Source: Promethearchaeota archaeon
GTDB taxonomy: Archaea > Asgardarchaeota > Lokiarchaeia > Sigyniarchaeales > SOKP01
NCBI GenBank assembly: GCA_016930515.1
Contig: JAFGGO010000186.1
Coordinates: forward strand, 1 to 35,910
Direction: 5' to 3'
Length of the DNA: 35,910 nt
Shown: piece after piece, positions 17,798-27,483 of the stretch
How the letters are laid out: every line of letters begins with the position of its first letter
Numbering within the stretch: the first letter of the stretch is position 1
Made by a program: the position numbers and the translations under genes
Notes under the pieces: model-generated
The model's database searches: none
Seen by the model: the letters and a program-made list of their open reading frames with translations, nothing else
Told to the model about the DNA's origin: nothing

Positions 17798-19681
17798 TTA
17801 TTTCATATTTTCTGCTTTTTTCTTTGAAATTTCCGCCTGCTCTTTATATTGAGGATCGTATAGGTGGCAAGCCACTACATGTTGTTGATCGATGTGAATC
17901 CTTTTTGGATCAATTGAATCACAAGGTTCGAAACAATATTGACACCTTGGATGAAATCTACAACCTGAAGGAGGATAAATTAGGTTTGGTACCGTTCCAG
18001 GTATCACGGTAAGCTTGTCTTGTTTTTTCCCTACAACTGGAATTGAATTTATCAAGCCTTTTGTGTAGGGATGATATGAATGAGAAAATATTTCTTGAAT
18101 TTTACCATATTCAACAACAGAACCGCTGTACATTACCGCAACATGATCGCACATCTTTGAAATAATTCCGAGATCGTGAGAAATGAACAATATAGTTGTC
18201 TTGTATTTCTGATGGAGCTCTTTCATAAGTTTTAAGATCTGGTTTTGAATCGTAACATCTAAAGCGGTGGTAGGCTCGTCTGCTATCAAGAGTATAGGCC
18301 TACATGCCAAACCCATCGCTATTTGTACCCTTTGTCTCATTCCACCACTTAATTCGTGCGGATATCTTTCAATGATCACTTCGGGATGGGGGATATTTAA
18401 ATCTTTCAACAACTTGATACTCCACTCTCGAGCTATACTATAAATACTTTTATCATCATGTTTGGATGCTTCGACAAGTAGTTCGTCTTGCATGTGCAAC
18501 AAAAAGACTTCAGATATTTGATTGCCAATTTTAAAGACAGGATTCAGTGAATTAAGAGGATCTTGAAAAATCATGGTGATGTCTTTTCCTCGGTATTGTA
18601 ACATTTCCCTTTCCGTCTTTTTTAGCAGATCTTCTCCATTAAAAACAACGCTCCCTTTTTCTATCACACCCGGAGGGCGAATTAATCGAAGAACTGACAA
18701 GGCGCTCACGGATTTTCCACAACCCGTTTCACCTACCAAACCAAGAACTTCCCCTTCACGAATATCAAAAGAAACGCCTTCCAAGGCACGAACAACGCCT
18801 TCTTCCGTGTAAAAGTATGTCGTGAGATCCTGTACATCAAGAATTACTTGTTTATCTTCCGTTGTCATGTTGAACTTGCTCTCGCGTGAGGTTTGCTGTT
18901 GTTCCAAGAAAGATATTGATTGTTGGATCCTTTGGTTGCTTTTTGTTCTAGCTTTAGGCAAAAATATTTTCTTTAAAGATACGATTAACACGGTGGTGTA
19001 GATAACTGCTACAACGCAAAGTAAAACTCGAATGTCTTGTTGAAAGAGAACAATATTAAAGAGTCGTTTTAAATATAATTCAAAAACGATGAGTTGAATA
19101 GCCCAAATTCCATAAGAAACCATCCCTCCTGAATACATTGCGTATTTAAGGGGTTGTTTAGGAATCCGTTTTTCAATTGGAAAAAATTTATTAATCAAGA
19201 TAGTCAATAAAATATTAAATCCAACCGCAAAAGCAGCCCAATAAAGACCTAGCTCGAAAAGGTCGTATTCGTACATGGGAATCCCAAAGAGAGGAATCGT
19301 CAAGAATATACCCGCAATTATCCAAACTATGATTATGAAAAATTTTATTATTCTAAGAAAAGGACTGTTATAAAATTGTTCCTTGGTAATGGAACCAAAT
19401 TTAAAAACGAGTTTCTTATATAGAAAATAGAAGATGGTCAACATGACACCAAACACCAAAAAATCATTAACAAAAAGCACGAAAAAGTAGACATATCCCC
19501 ATAAAGTCTCGAACAAAAACCTAAATTCAATGCTTATTTGTAACAAGATGATTGAACATGCTGCCGAGCATCTTCTGTGCGGAATTTTCGGAATTTGCTT
19601 GTTTTCTGGAATTTGATTGTTGATGATTAACGAAACAATGTATAAAATGAACGCTGCAATTATTGAATCAATAATTGCCAT
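17798..19681 (-). CDS. oppD: Opp/Dpp-type ABC ATPase (OppD-like) with an N-terminal multi-pass membrane domain
   Basis: GETGCGKS, MIFQDP, YPHELSGGMRQR, LLIADEPTTALD, HPYT, GCRFHPRC. The first ~235 aa are about 7 hydrophobic helices. Confidence 0.9.
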   Translation of the reverse strand: MAIIDSIIAAFILYIVSLIINNQIPENKQIPKIPHRRCSAACSIILLQISIEFRFLFETLWGYVYFFVLFVNDFLVFGVMLTIFYFLYKKLVFKFGSITKEQFYNSPFLRIIKFFIIIVWIIAGIFLTIPLFGIPMYEYDLFELGLYWAAFAVGFNILLTILINKFFPIEKRIPKQPLKYAMYSGGMVSYGIWAIQLIVFELYLKRLFNIVLFQQDIRVLLCVVAVIYTTVLIVSLKKIFLPKARTKSNQRIQQSISFLEQQQTSRESKFNMTTEDKQVILDVQDLTTYFYTEEGVVRALEGVSFDIREGEVLGLVGETGCGKSVSALSVLRLIRPPGVIEKGSVVFNGEDLLKKTEREMLQYRGKDITMIFQDPLNSLNPVFKIGNQISEVFLLHMQDELLVEASKHDDKSIYSIAREWSIKLLKDLNIPHPEVIIERYPHELSGGMRQRVQIAMGLACRPILLIADEPTTALDVTIQNQILKLMKELHQKYKTTILFISHDLGIISKMCDHVAVMYSGSVVEYGKIQEIFSHSYHPYTKGLINSIPVVGKKQDKLTVIPGTVPNLIYPPSGCRFHPRCQYCFEPCDSIDPKRIHIDQQHVVACHLYDPQYKEQAEISKKKAENMK

Positions 19682-19745
19682 TCCGTAATTGAATGGATCG
19701 CCAATATAAAATAAAAATGAATTTGAAATTTTAATATCCCTCTTT

Positions 19746-20747
19746 TTATAATTTTAGTCGCGGATCTAAAGCGTCCCGCAAACCATCTCCTAATAATATA
19801 AATCCAATGGCCGTAATCGCAATAAACATTCCTGGAGCGATGGTAGCCATCAAGTTAGTGTAATTTAAATATTTAATTGTAGCAACATATATATCAGTCC
19901 CCCAACTCATAATAGTTGGGTCCGAAAAGCCTATAAATGCAATACCAGCCAGCCCAATTATAGCAACAGCTGCTCCACCAAAAAAAGCGATTAACATTGG
20001 TGAAAGAGTGTTTGGTACGATATGCTTGAACATTAGCTTGAATTTTTTCGCACCACCAACTTTTGCTGCTTGAATGAATTCAAGCTGTTTTACTTGCAAA
20101 ACAAGCGATCGCATTAATCTAATGTTGAACGGAATAAATAATATTCCAAAAATAATTAGTGTTGTAATTAAATCACCACTAATCATTGGCGCAAGAATAA
20201 TGATCAAGATCAAGGTGGGAAAAGCATACATCACATCAACAAAACGCATCATCAAGTAGTCAACAATTTTCCCAAAATAGGCAGAAATCGTTCCCAATAT
20301 GAGTCCCCCTCCAATTGAAATCGTGACGGGAATTATTGCTGTATAAAGGGTTGTTCGTGCGCCCCAAATGATTTTTGCTAACACATCATAACCCTCCTCT
20401 GCCGTTCCGAATGGATGTTCTAACGATGACGGGCTAAATGCTAATTCATATGATGGAAAAGGCGGAAATAGGTCCTGTAATGGATACTTAGTCAACCAAG
20501 GGGCAAAAATTCCCATGTAAACTATAAATAATATCATTATAATCCCAAGAATCGTTAAAGGCTTGAGAAGATGACGGAATAATCGCCTCTTTGATTTTAC
20601 CTTGTCTATTTCCCGTTCCCGTTTGGAAAATTCTGGATCCCGCCATCCAGGGATCAAATAAAACTTTAAAAATCGCAATACTTGGTTTTTCTTTTGATCT
20701 TGGGATTTATTTTTCTCCTCCACTTGTTGTGTAATTTCACTCATCAT
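19746..20747 (-). CDS. oppC: Opp/Dpp-type ABC permease (OppC-like)
   Basis: HPFGTAEEGYDV, EFIQAAKVGGA (EAA loop), KHIVPN, GDGLRDALDPR. Confidence 0.92.
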   Translation of the reverse strand: MMSEITQQVEEKNKSQDQKKNQVLRFLKFYLIPGWRDPEFSKREREIDKVKSKRRLFRHLLKPLTILGIIMILFIVYMGIFAPWLTKYPLQDLFPPFPSYELAFSPSSLEHPFGTAEEGYDVLAKIIWGARTTLYTAIIPVTISIGGGLILGTISAYFGKIVDYLMMRFVDVMYAFPTLILIIILAPMISGDLITTLIIFGILFIPFNIRLMRSLVLQVKQLEFIQAAKVGGAKKFKLMFKHIVPNTLSPMLIAFFGGAAVAIIGLAGIAFIGFSDPTIMSWGTDIYVATIKYLNYTNLMATIAPGMFIAITAIGFILLGDGLRDALDPRLKL

Positions 20748-20779
20748 TTTCGTTCGAATTCATTTTTTTTATTTTTAAT

Positions 20780-21844
20780 TTATTTGTAAGTAATCCTTGG
20801 ATCTATGATTGTATACATGACATCTGTAACTAAATTTCCAATGAGTATTATTATTGTACCAATAACTAAAAGACCATTAATTAGCAAATAATCCCCACCT
20901 AATATTGCCCATACCATAGTACGACCAAATCCATTGTACACAAATGTGACTTCAATGAAGAAAGAACCGAGCAAGGTCGTGGTGGTCCCTCCAATAATAA
21001 CATTGCTAACAGGAAGTAACGCATTGCGAAGAGCATGTTTATTAATGACATCACTTTCTTTAACACCTTTTGCCCGCGCAGTCCTTATATAGTCTTGATC
21101 TAGCACATCGAGCATGCTCGAGCGGGTTTGTCTTGCAATTGTGGCAAGCGAAACGAAAGTAACACACAATGCTGGAAGAATTAAATGCAATATTGTATCC
21201 CATAAAAATATTTGATCGTTATAGATAATACAGTCGATGAGGCGAAATCCAGTTGTAGGTGCGCCATCAGGAATGTTTAGTGCAAATCCTACAGAATTTG
21301 CTTTTTGTGTGGGGAAGTCCAAACTTTCTAGAGTAAAAAGAGGTAAAAGAAAGCCAAAAATAATTTTTACTATCGAACCAATCCAAAAAACTGGAAATCC
21401 TGCACCTAAAATGGCCACTGTCCTAATAGCTATATCTTTTCTAGTATCCTTATGGGTTGACGAAATGAGCCCCAATTTAACCGCAATGATTGGACTGAGA
21501 ATAAGGGGGATGATCATTAATTCTACGGTTCTTGGAAAGACTTGTGAGACAATCTGAAGAACTGGTGTTCCCGTAGTATCGATACCATTGGATATTCCCC
21601 AGTTTCCAGTAAAAAAATCTAAAAAATAATTTCCTAATTGTAGATACCATGGTGTATAATATCCAATCCGTTCTAATTCCATTTCGAGAAGATCAGGATA
21701 ATCCGCAAGGTTATTTGTAAAAGGATTAATAACCATGGCACGCGATAAGAAAAATGTCAATGTTAAGACGATCATTAACATTGGAAGCATCATCAATACT
21801 CTTTTTACGATGTATTTTATCATATTCGTTTGTTTCTTAGCCAA
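20780..21844 (-). CDS. oppB: Opp/Dpp-type ABC permease (OppB-like)
   Basis: YIVKRVL, HLILPAL, TRSSMLDVLDQDYIRTARAKG, KHALRNAL, DVMYTIIDPRI. Confidence 0.92.
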   Translation of the reverse strand: MAKKQTNMIKYIVKRVLMMLPMLMIVLTLTFFLSRAMVINPFTNNLADYPDLLEMELERIGYYTPWYLQLGNYFLDFFTGNWGISNGIDTTGTPVLQIVSQVFPRTVELMIIPLILSPIIAVKLGLISSTHKDTRKDIAIRTVAILGAGFPVFWIGSIVKIIFGFLLPLFTLESLDFPTQKANSVGFALNIPDGAPTTGFRLIDCIIYNDQIFLWDTILHLILPALCVTFVSLATIARQTRSSMLDVLDQDYIRTARAKGVKESDVINKHALRNALLPVSNVIIGGTTTTLLGSFFIEVTFVYNGFGRTMVWAILGGDYLLINGLLVIGTIIILIGNLVTDVMYTIIDPRITYK

Positions 21845-22418
21845 AGATCTTTCCCCGATTTTTTTTATTGTTACTGCAAAATGTTATATTCGTTAGTTTT
21901 CTTTTTTTTTTTAAATTGATGAGTTGTTTGACCTTCATTCCCATTATGGCTCCCGAGAGAGTCGTGATAAATAAAATAAACATGTGCAAATACCCCCTCC
22001 CGTCACCAAATAGATATATCAAGGGTTCAAGAGTAAAGCCAAACATGAGCGAATATAAGATACACGCTTCAACAACAAGAGAAGGAACTAGCCAGATTGA
22101 CGCTTTAATTCCGTAATGCGGAATGTCTTCTTTATAGGTGAGAAAAAAGCATACTACAAATACTAAAAGAATTGGTAAAAAAAACGCTTGTTCATACGCA
22201 TTGTACGTCCAAAACAATATAGTTCTATCCATTTCGGTAAAAGACAAATACTCGTCATTGCCGAGATACATCACCACGTTTGCAACGATTCCATAATAAC
22301 CTAATAATACGATCACATAAGCTAGGAATACGCCTCCTTGTCTTCCCCAATCTATTTTAACGCGCTTGATATCTTGTGCTTCTTTTTGGTGGTTTTTATT
22401 TTTTAATATCTTACCCAT
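21837..22418 (-). CDS. Uncharacterised membrane protein (~4 TM), first gene of the transporter operon
   Basis: Four hydrophobic segments. Overlaps the predicted oppB start by 8 nt, suggesting translational coupling. Confidence 0.7.
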   Translation of the reverse strand: MGKILKNKNHQKEAQDIKRVKIDWGRQGGVFLAYVIVLLGYYGIVANVVMYLGNDEYLSFTEMDRTILFWTYNAYEQAFFLPILLVFVVCFFLTYKEDIPHYGIKASIWLVPSLVVEACILYSLMFGFTLEPLIYLFGDGRGYLHMFILFITTLSGAIMGMKVKQLINLKKKRKLTNITFCSNNKKNRGKIFG

Positions 22419-22570
22419 ATGATCGATCCCAGACCCTTCTTTTCAATTAGTTGAGCAATATTGTATTATATGTATTTGTTGATTTTTATAGATATTTTTT
22501 TATAAAAATTCTTTGCAATACAATAATTTATATACAAAAAATTCTATCTATCATGTCAACCTTTAAATAC

Positions 22571-22631
22571 ATGTTTATCATTCGTTAATATTAAACTTTA
22601 GTAAATATGAACGTCATTCATTTATTTAAAG
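22571..22631. promoter_or_regulatory. Operator copy ATGAACGTCATTCATTTAT (22607-22625) plus a degenerate upstream copy (22571-22589)
   Basis: 22605-22625 matches 9690-9710 at 20/21 positions. TTCATTTATTTAAAG is identical at 9770-9784 and 22617-22631. Confidence 0.7.
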
Positions 22632-22682
22632 TTATAACTTTTCAACCAAACTAAAGTAAAATATATAGGAGTTTAATTAAAA

Positions 22683-24974
22683 ATGAAAAAAATGTCAAAA
22701 ACACTAGTAGCAATACTAGCCTTGTCTTCTCTCATGCTCACTGCAATTCCAATAGCACCCGTGAAAGCTCAAGGAACAGGGCATATTTTTACCGTAGGTT
22801 CTTGCGGACCAACAACTTATTATTATTGGGATATGGTAAACTACCTTGCAGGACGCGGGGATTATTACAGGTATAACGCCCTTGAAAGTATATATATTTG
22901 GCCTTACGACACACCAGATGGGAGCTTGGACAATTTAATTCCAGTACTCGCAACCGATTGGGATCCTCACTATAGGGCTAATGAAACGACGGACGCAGGG
23001 TTCATGGCGTACGAAGGAATTGACTACATTGACATCGTACTTCGAGAAAACGTGAAGTTCCACGATGGATCAGACTGGAACGCAAGTGTATTCAAATGGA
23101 ACATTGACCGGCTTTTCTATATTTTAGGAGATTTCGACGACTGCCTCCCTGACATACCAACAAGCTATTTGGACCCGAATTATGTAAACAGACTTGTGGT
23201 GGACGCCCAGAAGAATGTTTATTGGTTAGACATTGACGAATGGGTTAAATATGCAACAGCTAGTTGGAATGTATCTGATTATACACCTGGAGAATACGCT
23301 GACTTTGGGATATCCCAAGATTCGGATTTGAATGGGACCAACGGTAACTACTTTCCTCGCATTCGAAACGTTACGATAACTGATGACGCAGCATCGGGAG
23401 GAGAAGTTAGAGTGTATTTCAACGATTGGGGCGCAGGTCCAAATTCCCTTGCAAGTATATTGATGATTTCGCAAGCAGCCTACAAAGATAAGTTTGATGA
23501 GCCAATCAATGGTTACCACGCAGGAGATTTAATTGGCACGGGACCGTATGTTTTTGTGGACCACGACATGTTTCAGAATGAAGGGACGATGACGAGGTTC
23601 GCTGATTGGTGGAACTCAACAGCTCAGCAAGCCGATGGTTGGCATCAGATTGAAACCGTTGCGGTACGAACCTATGGTCACGACGAAACGGGATACGCAG
23701 CAAGAGCGGAAGCCTTGCTTGAAGGTGAGATCGATTACTTAGTTGATCGTGAATGGGAACCAATCCCAAGTTATTCCACCATCGCAACCGCGCCAGGAGT
23801 AAGCTATGTTGATATGGGAGTTGAACCGTACGGTGAACAACTGGTTTTAAATTGCGTGAACGAAACATATCTAAGGTATTGGTATGAACTTGGAATGAAT
23901 TGTTCAGGTATGGAAATGCCTAGTTCGATTGTTAACACAAACGGCTTATTAAAAGAATGCAACGGCCTGAACCGCGCTCTTAGAAAAGCCATTTCTTACG
24001 CATACGATTACGACTATTACGTAACATACGGCAAGCTTGATCGTGTAGTGCGCTCTGGAGGTCTTTTAGGAGTATCGAACGAGTTTTACGACGAAACCAT
24101 ACCACTCGCTTATCAGAACCTTACCATCGCAAGACAAGCGCTTCTCGATGATCCATACTGGGGCGCTCTATGTGCTGATAGACTTTTAGATATAAATAAT
24201 GATACCAGCGACTGGGAAGCTGTTGCTGCCGACAATCCACTGTATACATTACAATACACATACGACGCAGCTCATACGGCATCCTATACTACATTTGCTA
24301 ATTCTCTTCCACTCATAGGAATTGCTATCTCGGCAGTAAATTCCGCTCCGTCTAACGTATTTACCCTGGTTTCTCAGGGAGTTTTTGAATTTCTAAAGAA
24401 CGATGCCTTTCCAATTGCATCTTACCACTCAAAAATTAACGATATTGGGTACATCGAAGCGTATTTAAAAAGTCCTGAAATTATAGAACGACATCCATTA
24501 AACGATAGCAGTTATGCTTTTATCGCAGATTACCCTTATGACGACCCCGATGGACCTTACAATTACTCGTTGATACCAAGCACGACATTTAACTCTGTAG
24601 CAAGAAGTAACTATGGCTTCTCCTACAACAAGACTTCTAACGATCTAATCGCACAAATATACTTCCAAAACGAGACTGGAAGGGAAACATTATATCATGA
24701 ATTAGCAGAATGGGTACAGGATTATCAATATCCTGCCCTCTACTTAGGGAACGGAAAGACCGGTTTCGCCATTTCCGATGATTATGAATCTGAGTGGCTA
24801 TCTTGGTTATTCATATTCTCGTTTAGTCAAGTGAAATATATTGGGGGCGGTTCGGTCACAACTCCAGCTATCATTCCAGGATTCGAATTAGGCGTGTTAT
24901 TACCCGTTATGTTGTTAAGTCTTGCTGGAATTGCCTTCATTCTCTTGAAGAGAAAGAGAATGGCATTCAACTAA
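22683..24974 (+). CDS. ABC transporter substrate-binding protein, family 5, divergent, with a PGF/Loki-CTERM-like anchor
   Basis: Signal peptide, LRENVKFHDGSDWNASVFKWNIDR, IGTGPY, LRKAISYAYDY. C-terminal IPGF + TM + KRKR. 14 N-x-S/T sequons counted. GGAG SD. Confidence 0.88.
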   Translation: MKKMSKTLVAILALSSLMLTAIPIAPVKAQGTGHIFTVGSCGPTTYYYWDMVNYLAGRGDYYRYNALESIYIWPYDTPDGSLDNLIPVLATDWDPHYRANETTDAGFMAYEGIDYIDIVLRENVKFHDGSDWNASVFKWNIDRLFYILGDFDDCLPDIPTSYLDPNYVNRLVVDAQKNVYWLDIDEWVKYATASWNVSDYTPGEYADFGISQDSDLNGTNGNYFPRIRNVTITDDAASGGEVRVYFNDWGAGPNSLASILMISQAAYKDKFDEPINGYHAGDLIGTGPYVFVDHDMFQNEGTMTRFADWWNSTAQQADGWHQIETVAVRTYGHDETGYAARAEALLEGEIDYLVDREWEPIPSYSTIATAPGVSYVDMGVEPYGEQLVLNCVNETYLRYWYELGMNCSGMEMPSSIVNTNGLLKECNGLNRALRKAISYAYDYDYYVTYGKLDRVVRSGGLLGVSNEFYDETIPLAYQNLTIARQALLDDPYWGALCADRLLDINNDTSDWEAVAADNPLYTLQYTYDAAHTASYTTFANSLPLIGIAISAVNSAPSNVFTLVSQGVFEFLKNDAFPIASYHSKINDIGYIEAYLKSPEIIERHPLNDSSYAFIADYPYDDPDGPYNYSLIPSTTFNSVARSNYGFSYNKTSNDLIAQIYFQNETGRETLYHELAEWVQDYQYPALYLGNGKTGFAISDDYESEWLSWLFIFSFSQVKYIGGGSVTTPAIIPGFELGVLLPVMLLSLAGIAFILLKRKRMAFN

Positions 24975-24980
24975 TCCTTC

Positions 24981-24992
24981 TTTTTTTTTTTT
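24981..24992 (+). terminator. Oligo-T terminator
   Basis: T12 run starting 7 nt after the stop codon. Confidence 0.55.
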
Positions 24993-25119
24993 ATTATTAT
25001 TTTATTTTATTTCTGTATTTAAAAGTTAATCAATAGAATCATATTTTGCGAGAAGATATGAGATAATTATAGAGCACTAAACTTCTTTTAGGTAGTTTTA
25101 GCGTTACTTTTTAGGCTTT

Positions 25120-26169
25120 TTAACGAAAATCCCGGTGAAATTTATTTAAAGAAGAGGTCAAGGACTCAAATCCCGATGTAATGTCCAGTTTGTTCAATGT
25201 ATTTAGCCAAGAATATTTTTCTTTCGATTCGAAATCGTGTAATTCATCGTGATTTTTTATTAATATTGCTTTCGAGTCTATTAATATTGATGGTTCAAGT
25301 AATTTGCTCATACCATTTTCGAGCAACTTCATATTTTGTATCATGCATTCCTGCAGGTCGTCGTAAAACAAGAGTGGAATGTAACTCAACTCGCGCCTGT
25401 TGCAAGAGATTCGATTATCAATTATTTCTGCCTTTGAGGGCGTTTTATTTAGAAAACGCTCTTGTGACAGGTTAAAAACTTCAATATCAACGAGCTCGGG
25501 GAGATAATCAATTTTCTGCTGCACTTTTAACTTTTCTCGATACTTGCTTGATTTTACATTATACATTTTAACCTGTTTGTGCTTTTTATCAATTTCGATC
25601 GATACAACATTCCTTAACATCCTTTCCTTGCAAATGTCGTTAATAATCGAGCAATATTGCGTAGCGGCGCCAATCATATCGCTTCCGTCAAGCCAAGTTC
25701 TTAATACCGTGTGCAAGTATGCCTTCAAGAAAGCTGAAAAGTCCTCTTCAAGTTGGGGCAGATTTCCGTAAATATCCTTAGTAAAGCTCCACCATTGCTC
25801 AACGGCTTTTTGTTTTAAGGAATAATAAAGCGTTTCTTGAGATCTAATTTCCGTGAAATACAACAATTTTTCAAAACCTAATTGCACGAATGGAACGGGA
25901 TTGATGATGGCAATATCAGAATCATTAATGGGAAAATTAATTGGCTCGTTAGGACGAATAATAACAGTAGATTCGCCGTTAAAAACCTTATCAACTCTCA
26001 TCGGCAAGGGCATTATGGGATTGAATTGAACTTGTTTGGCTAAAAACGAGGATAGGGGTTTATTAAAGCTGTTTGGATCAAGAGGAATAATATCAATGAA
26101 GAAAAAGAACGGAGCAGCGTCAGATTTATACGTTTTAAACTTAAATTGCGTTTTTCCCTTGCGAAACAA
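25120..26169 (-). CDS. Hypothetical soluble protein, 349 aa
   Basis: Long ORF with normal composition and a TTG start. No motif recognised. Confidence 0.7.
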   Translation of the reverse strand: MFRKGKTQFKFKTYKSDAAPFFFFIDIIPLDPNSFNKPLSSFLAKQVQFNPIMPLPMRVDKVFNGESTVIIRPNEPINFPINDSDIAIINPVPFVQLGFEKLLYFTEIRSQETLYYSLKQKAVEQWWSFTKDIYGNLPQLEEDFSAFLKAYLHTVLRTWLDGSDMIGAATQYCSIINDICKERMLRNVVSIEIDKKHKQVKMYNVKSSKYREKLKVQQKIDYLPELVDIEVFNLSQERFLNKTPSKAEIIDNRISCNRRELSYIPLLFYDDLQECMIQNMKLLENGMSKLLEPSILIDSKAILIKNHDELHDFESKEKYSWLNTLNKLDITSGFESLTSSLNKFHRDFR

Positions 26170-26213
26170 TGAATCCTTACCTTGAGAATATGTTTCAAAT
26201 TAATTATTAATAA

Positions 26214-27275
26214 TCATATCGTAATTAAAAATCCTATGATGAATATAAAAAATCCAATTATCAAATCAAGGAATATACGAAAGTTTTTATCACTCTTTAT
26301 CTCCTTTTCTTTCTGGTCGTTTTTAATGTATTCTTTTAACATTTTCAGACCGGTTAAAACACCTTCCTTTATCCGATCGTATTGAAATATCAATATAATT
26401 AATCCAATTCCTATTAATGGAAAAAATATCACGAGTAATATTTCGATTTGATCCCATCCATTTAAGAAGCACCAAACGATAAGAAGCATTACGATATTGC
26501 TAACAGAGTGAGATAATATGGCAGGAAAGAGCCATTTTTTTCTCAGTGTAAAAAGCGAGAGAATCAATCCGATAATAAATAAAAGAAAGAACCAAATAAG
26601 CGGATAGAAGGGACTAAACCCTATTTGGATGAAATTAATTCGATAATAAAGGACTGAAAAACAAAAAAAATAGCTAGAAATGAAGACGGCGGAAATTTGA
26701 TTAAATTGTTCGCTCCCTCTTTTTACTACGAATCCTCTATAAATTGATTCTTCCGCAAACACGATAGATGCTTGTACGATTATTAATAAAACAAAAAAAA
26801 ATACAAAATTAGTGATAAAGAAATAAGAATTCAATACATTGAAGTTAATTAAAAAATAATGATAAATAAACATATCAGGGAAAAAAATATACATCAAAAA
26901 ATTTAATGGAATAAAAACCAAAAATAACAATAGCATTCCATATAAGAGCTGGTATTTATAATTGCTCTTAGAAAGTTTATAGAGCATAATGTGACTTTTA
27001 AAAGCAGGTATTTTTGGTTTCTTTTTAAATTTCTCTTTATATGAGCTGACATATCTATCTAACAAATAGATCGTTAAAGGTATAACTAAAAACACAATTA
27101 TTGCTCGAAGTGTATAAAATAAAGTTCCAAATATCTCTGGATTTAAAGAAATTGGAATGATTAGCCATTGAAGAATTGATATTATGAAAATTAAGAAAAA
27201 ACAGACGCATATCTCGTATAATAAAAATCTAAACCTGTCTTTACCGAGTTTTCGCTTGGTTTGATTCAGAATCAT
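26214..27275 (-). CDS. CPBP (CAAX protease/Abi) family intramembrane glutamic protease-like protein
   Basis: About 9 TM. Motif 1 FAEESIYRG and motif 3 AILSHSVSN are present, but the FxxxH motif is not. Confidence 0.75.
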   Translation of the reverse strand: MILNQTKRKLGKDRFRFLLYEICVCFFLIFIISILQWLIIPISLNPEIFGTLFYTLRAIIVFLVIPLTIYLLDRYVSSYKEKFKKKPKIPAFKSHIMLYKLSKSNYKYQLLYGMLLLFLVFIPLNFLMYIFFPDMFIYHYFLINFNVLNSYFFITNFVFFFVLLIIVQASIVFAEESIYRGFVVKRGSEQFNQISAVFISSYFFCFSVLYYRINFIQIGFSPFYPLIWFFLLFIIGLILSLFTLRKKWLFPAILSHSVSNIVMLLIVWCFLNGWDQIEILLVIFFPLIGIGLIILIFQYDRIKEGVLTGLKMLKEYIKNDQKEKEIKSDKNFRIFLDLIIGFFIFIIGFLITI

Positions 27276-27483
27276 ATATAATTTTGTTTTTTATTTGTTC
27301 TTTAAATTATATTTGCATATATTGTTTAATTTATTAATTTATTGTTCCCTCTTTAATCAAGAATATTTTTCTTAACTATCAAAATAATGCTAAAATTTTT
27401 TATAAAACATTTTTAACCAAAATTCAATTGTCAATACTTTATTATGAAATGATTTTTATTCAAGCACAATCATTCACTATATA

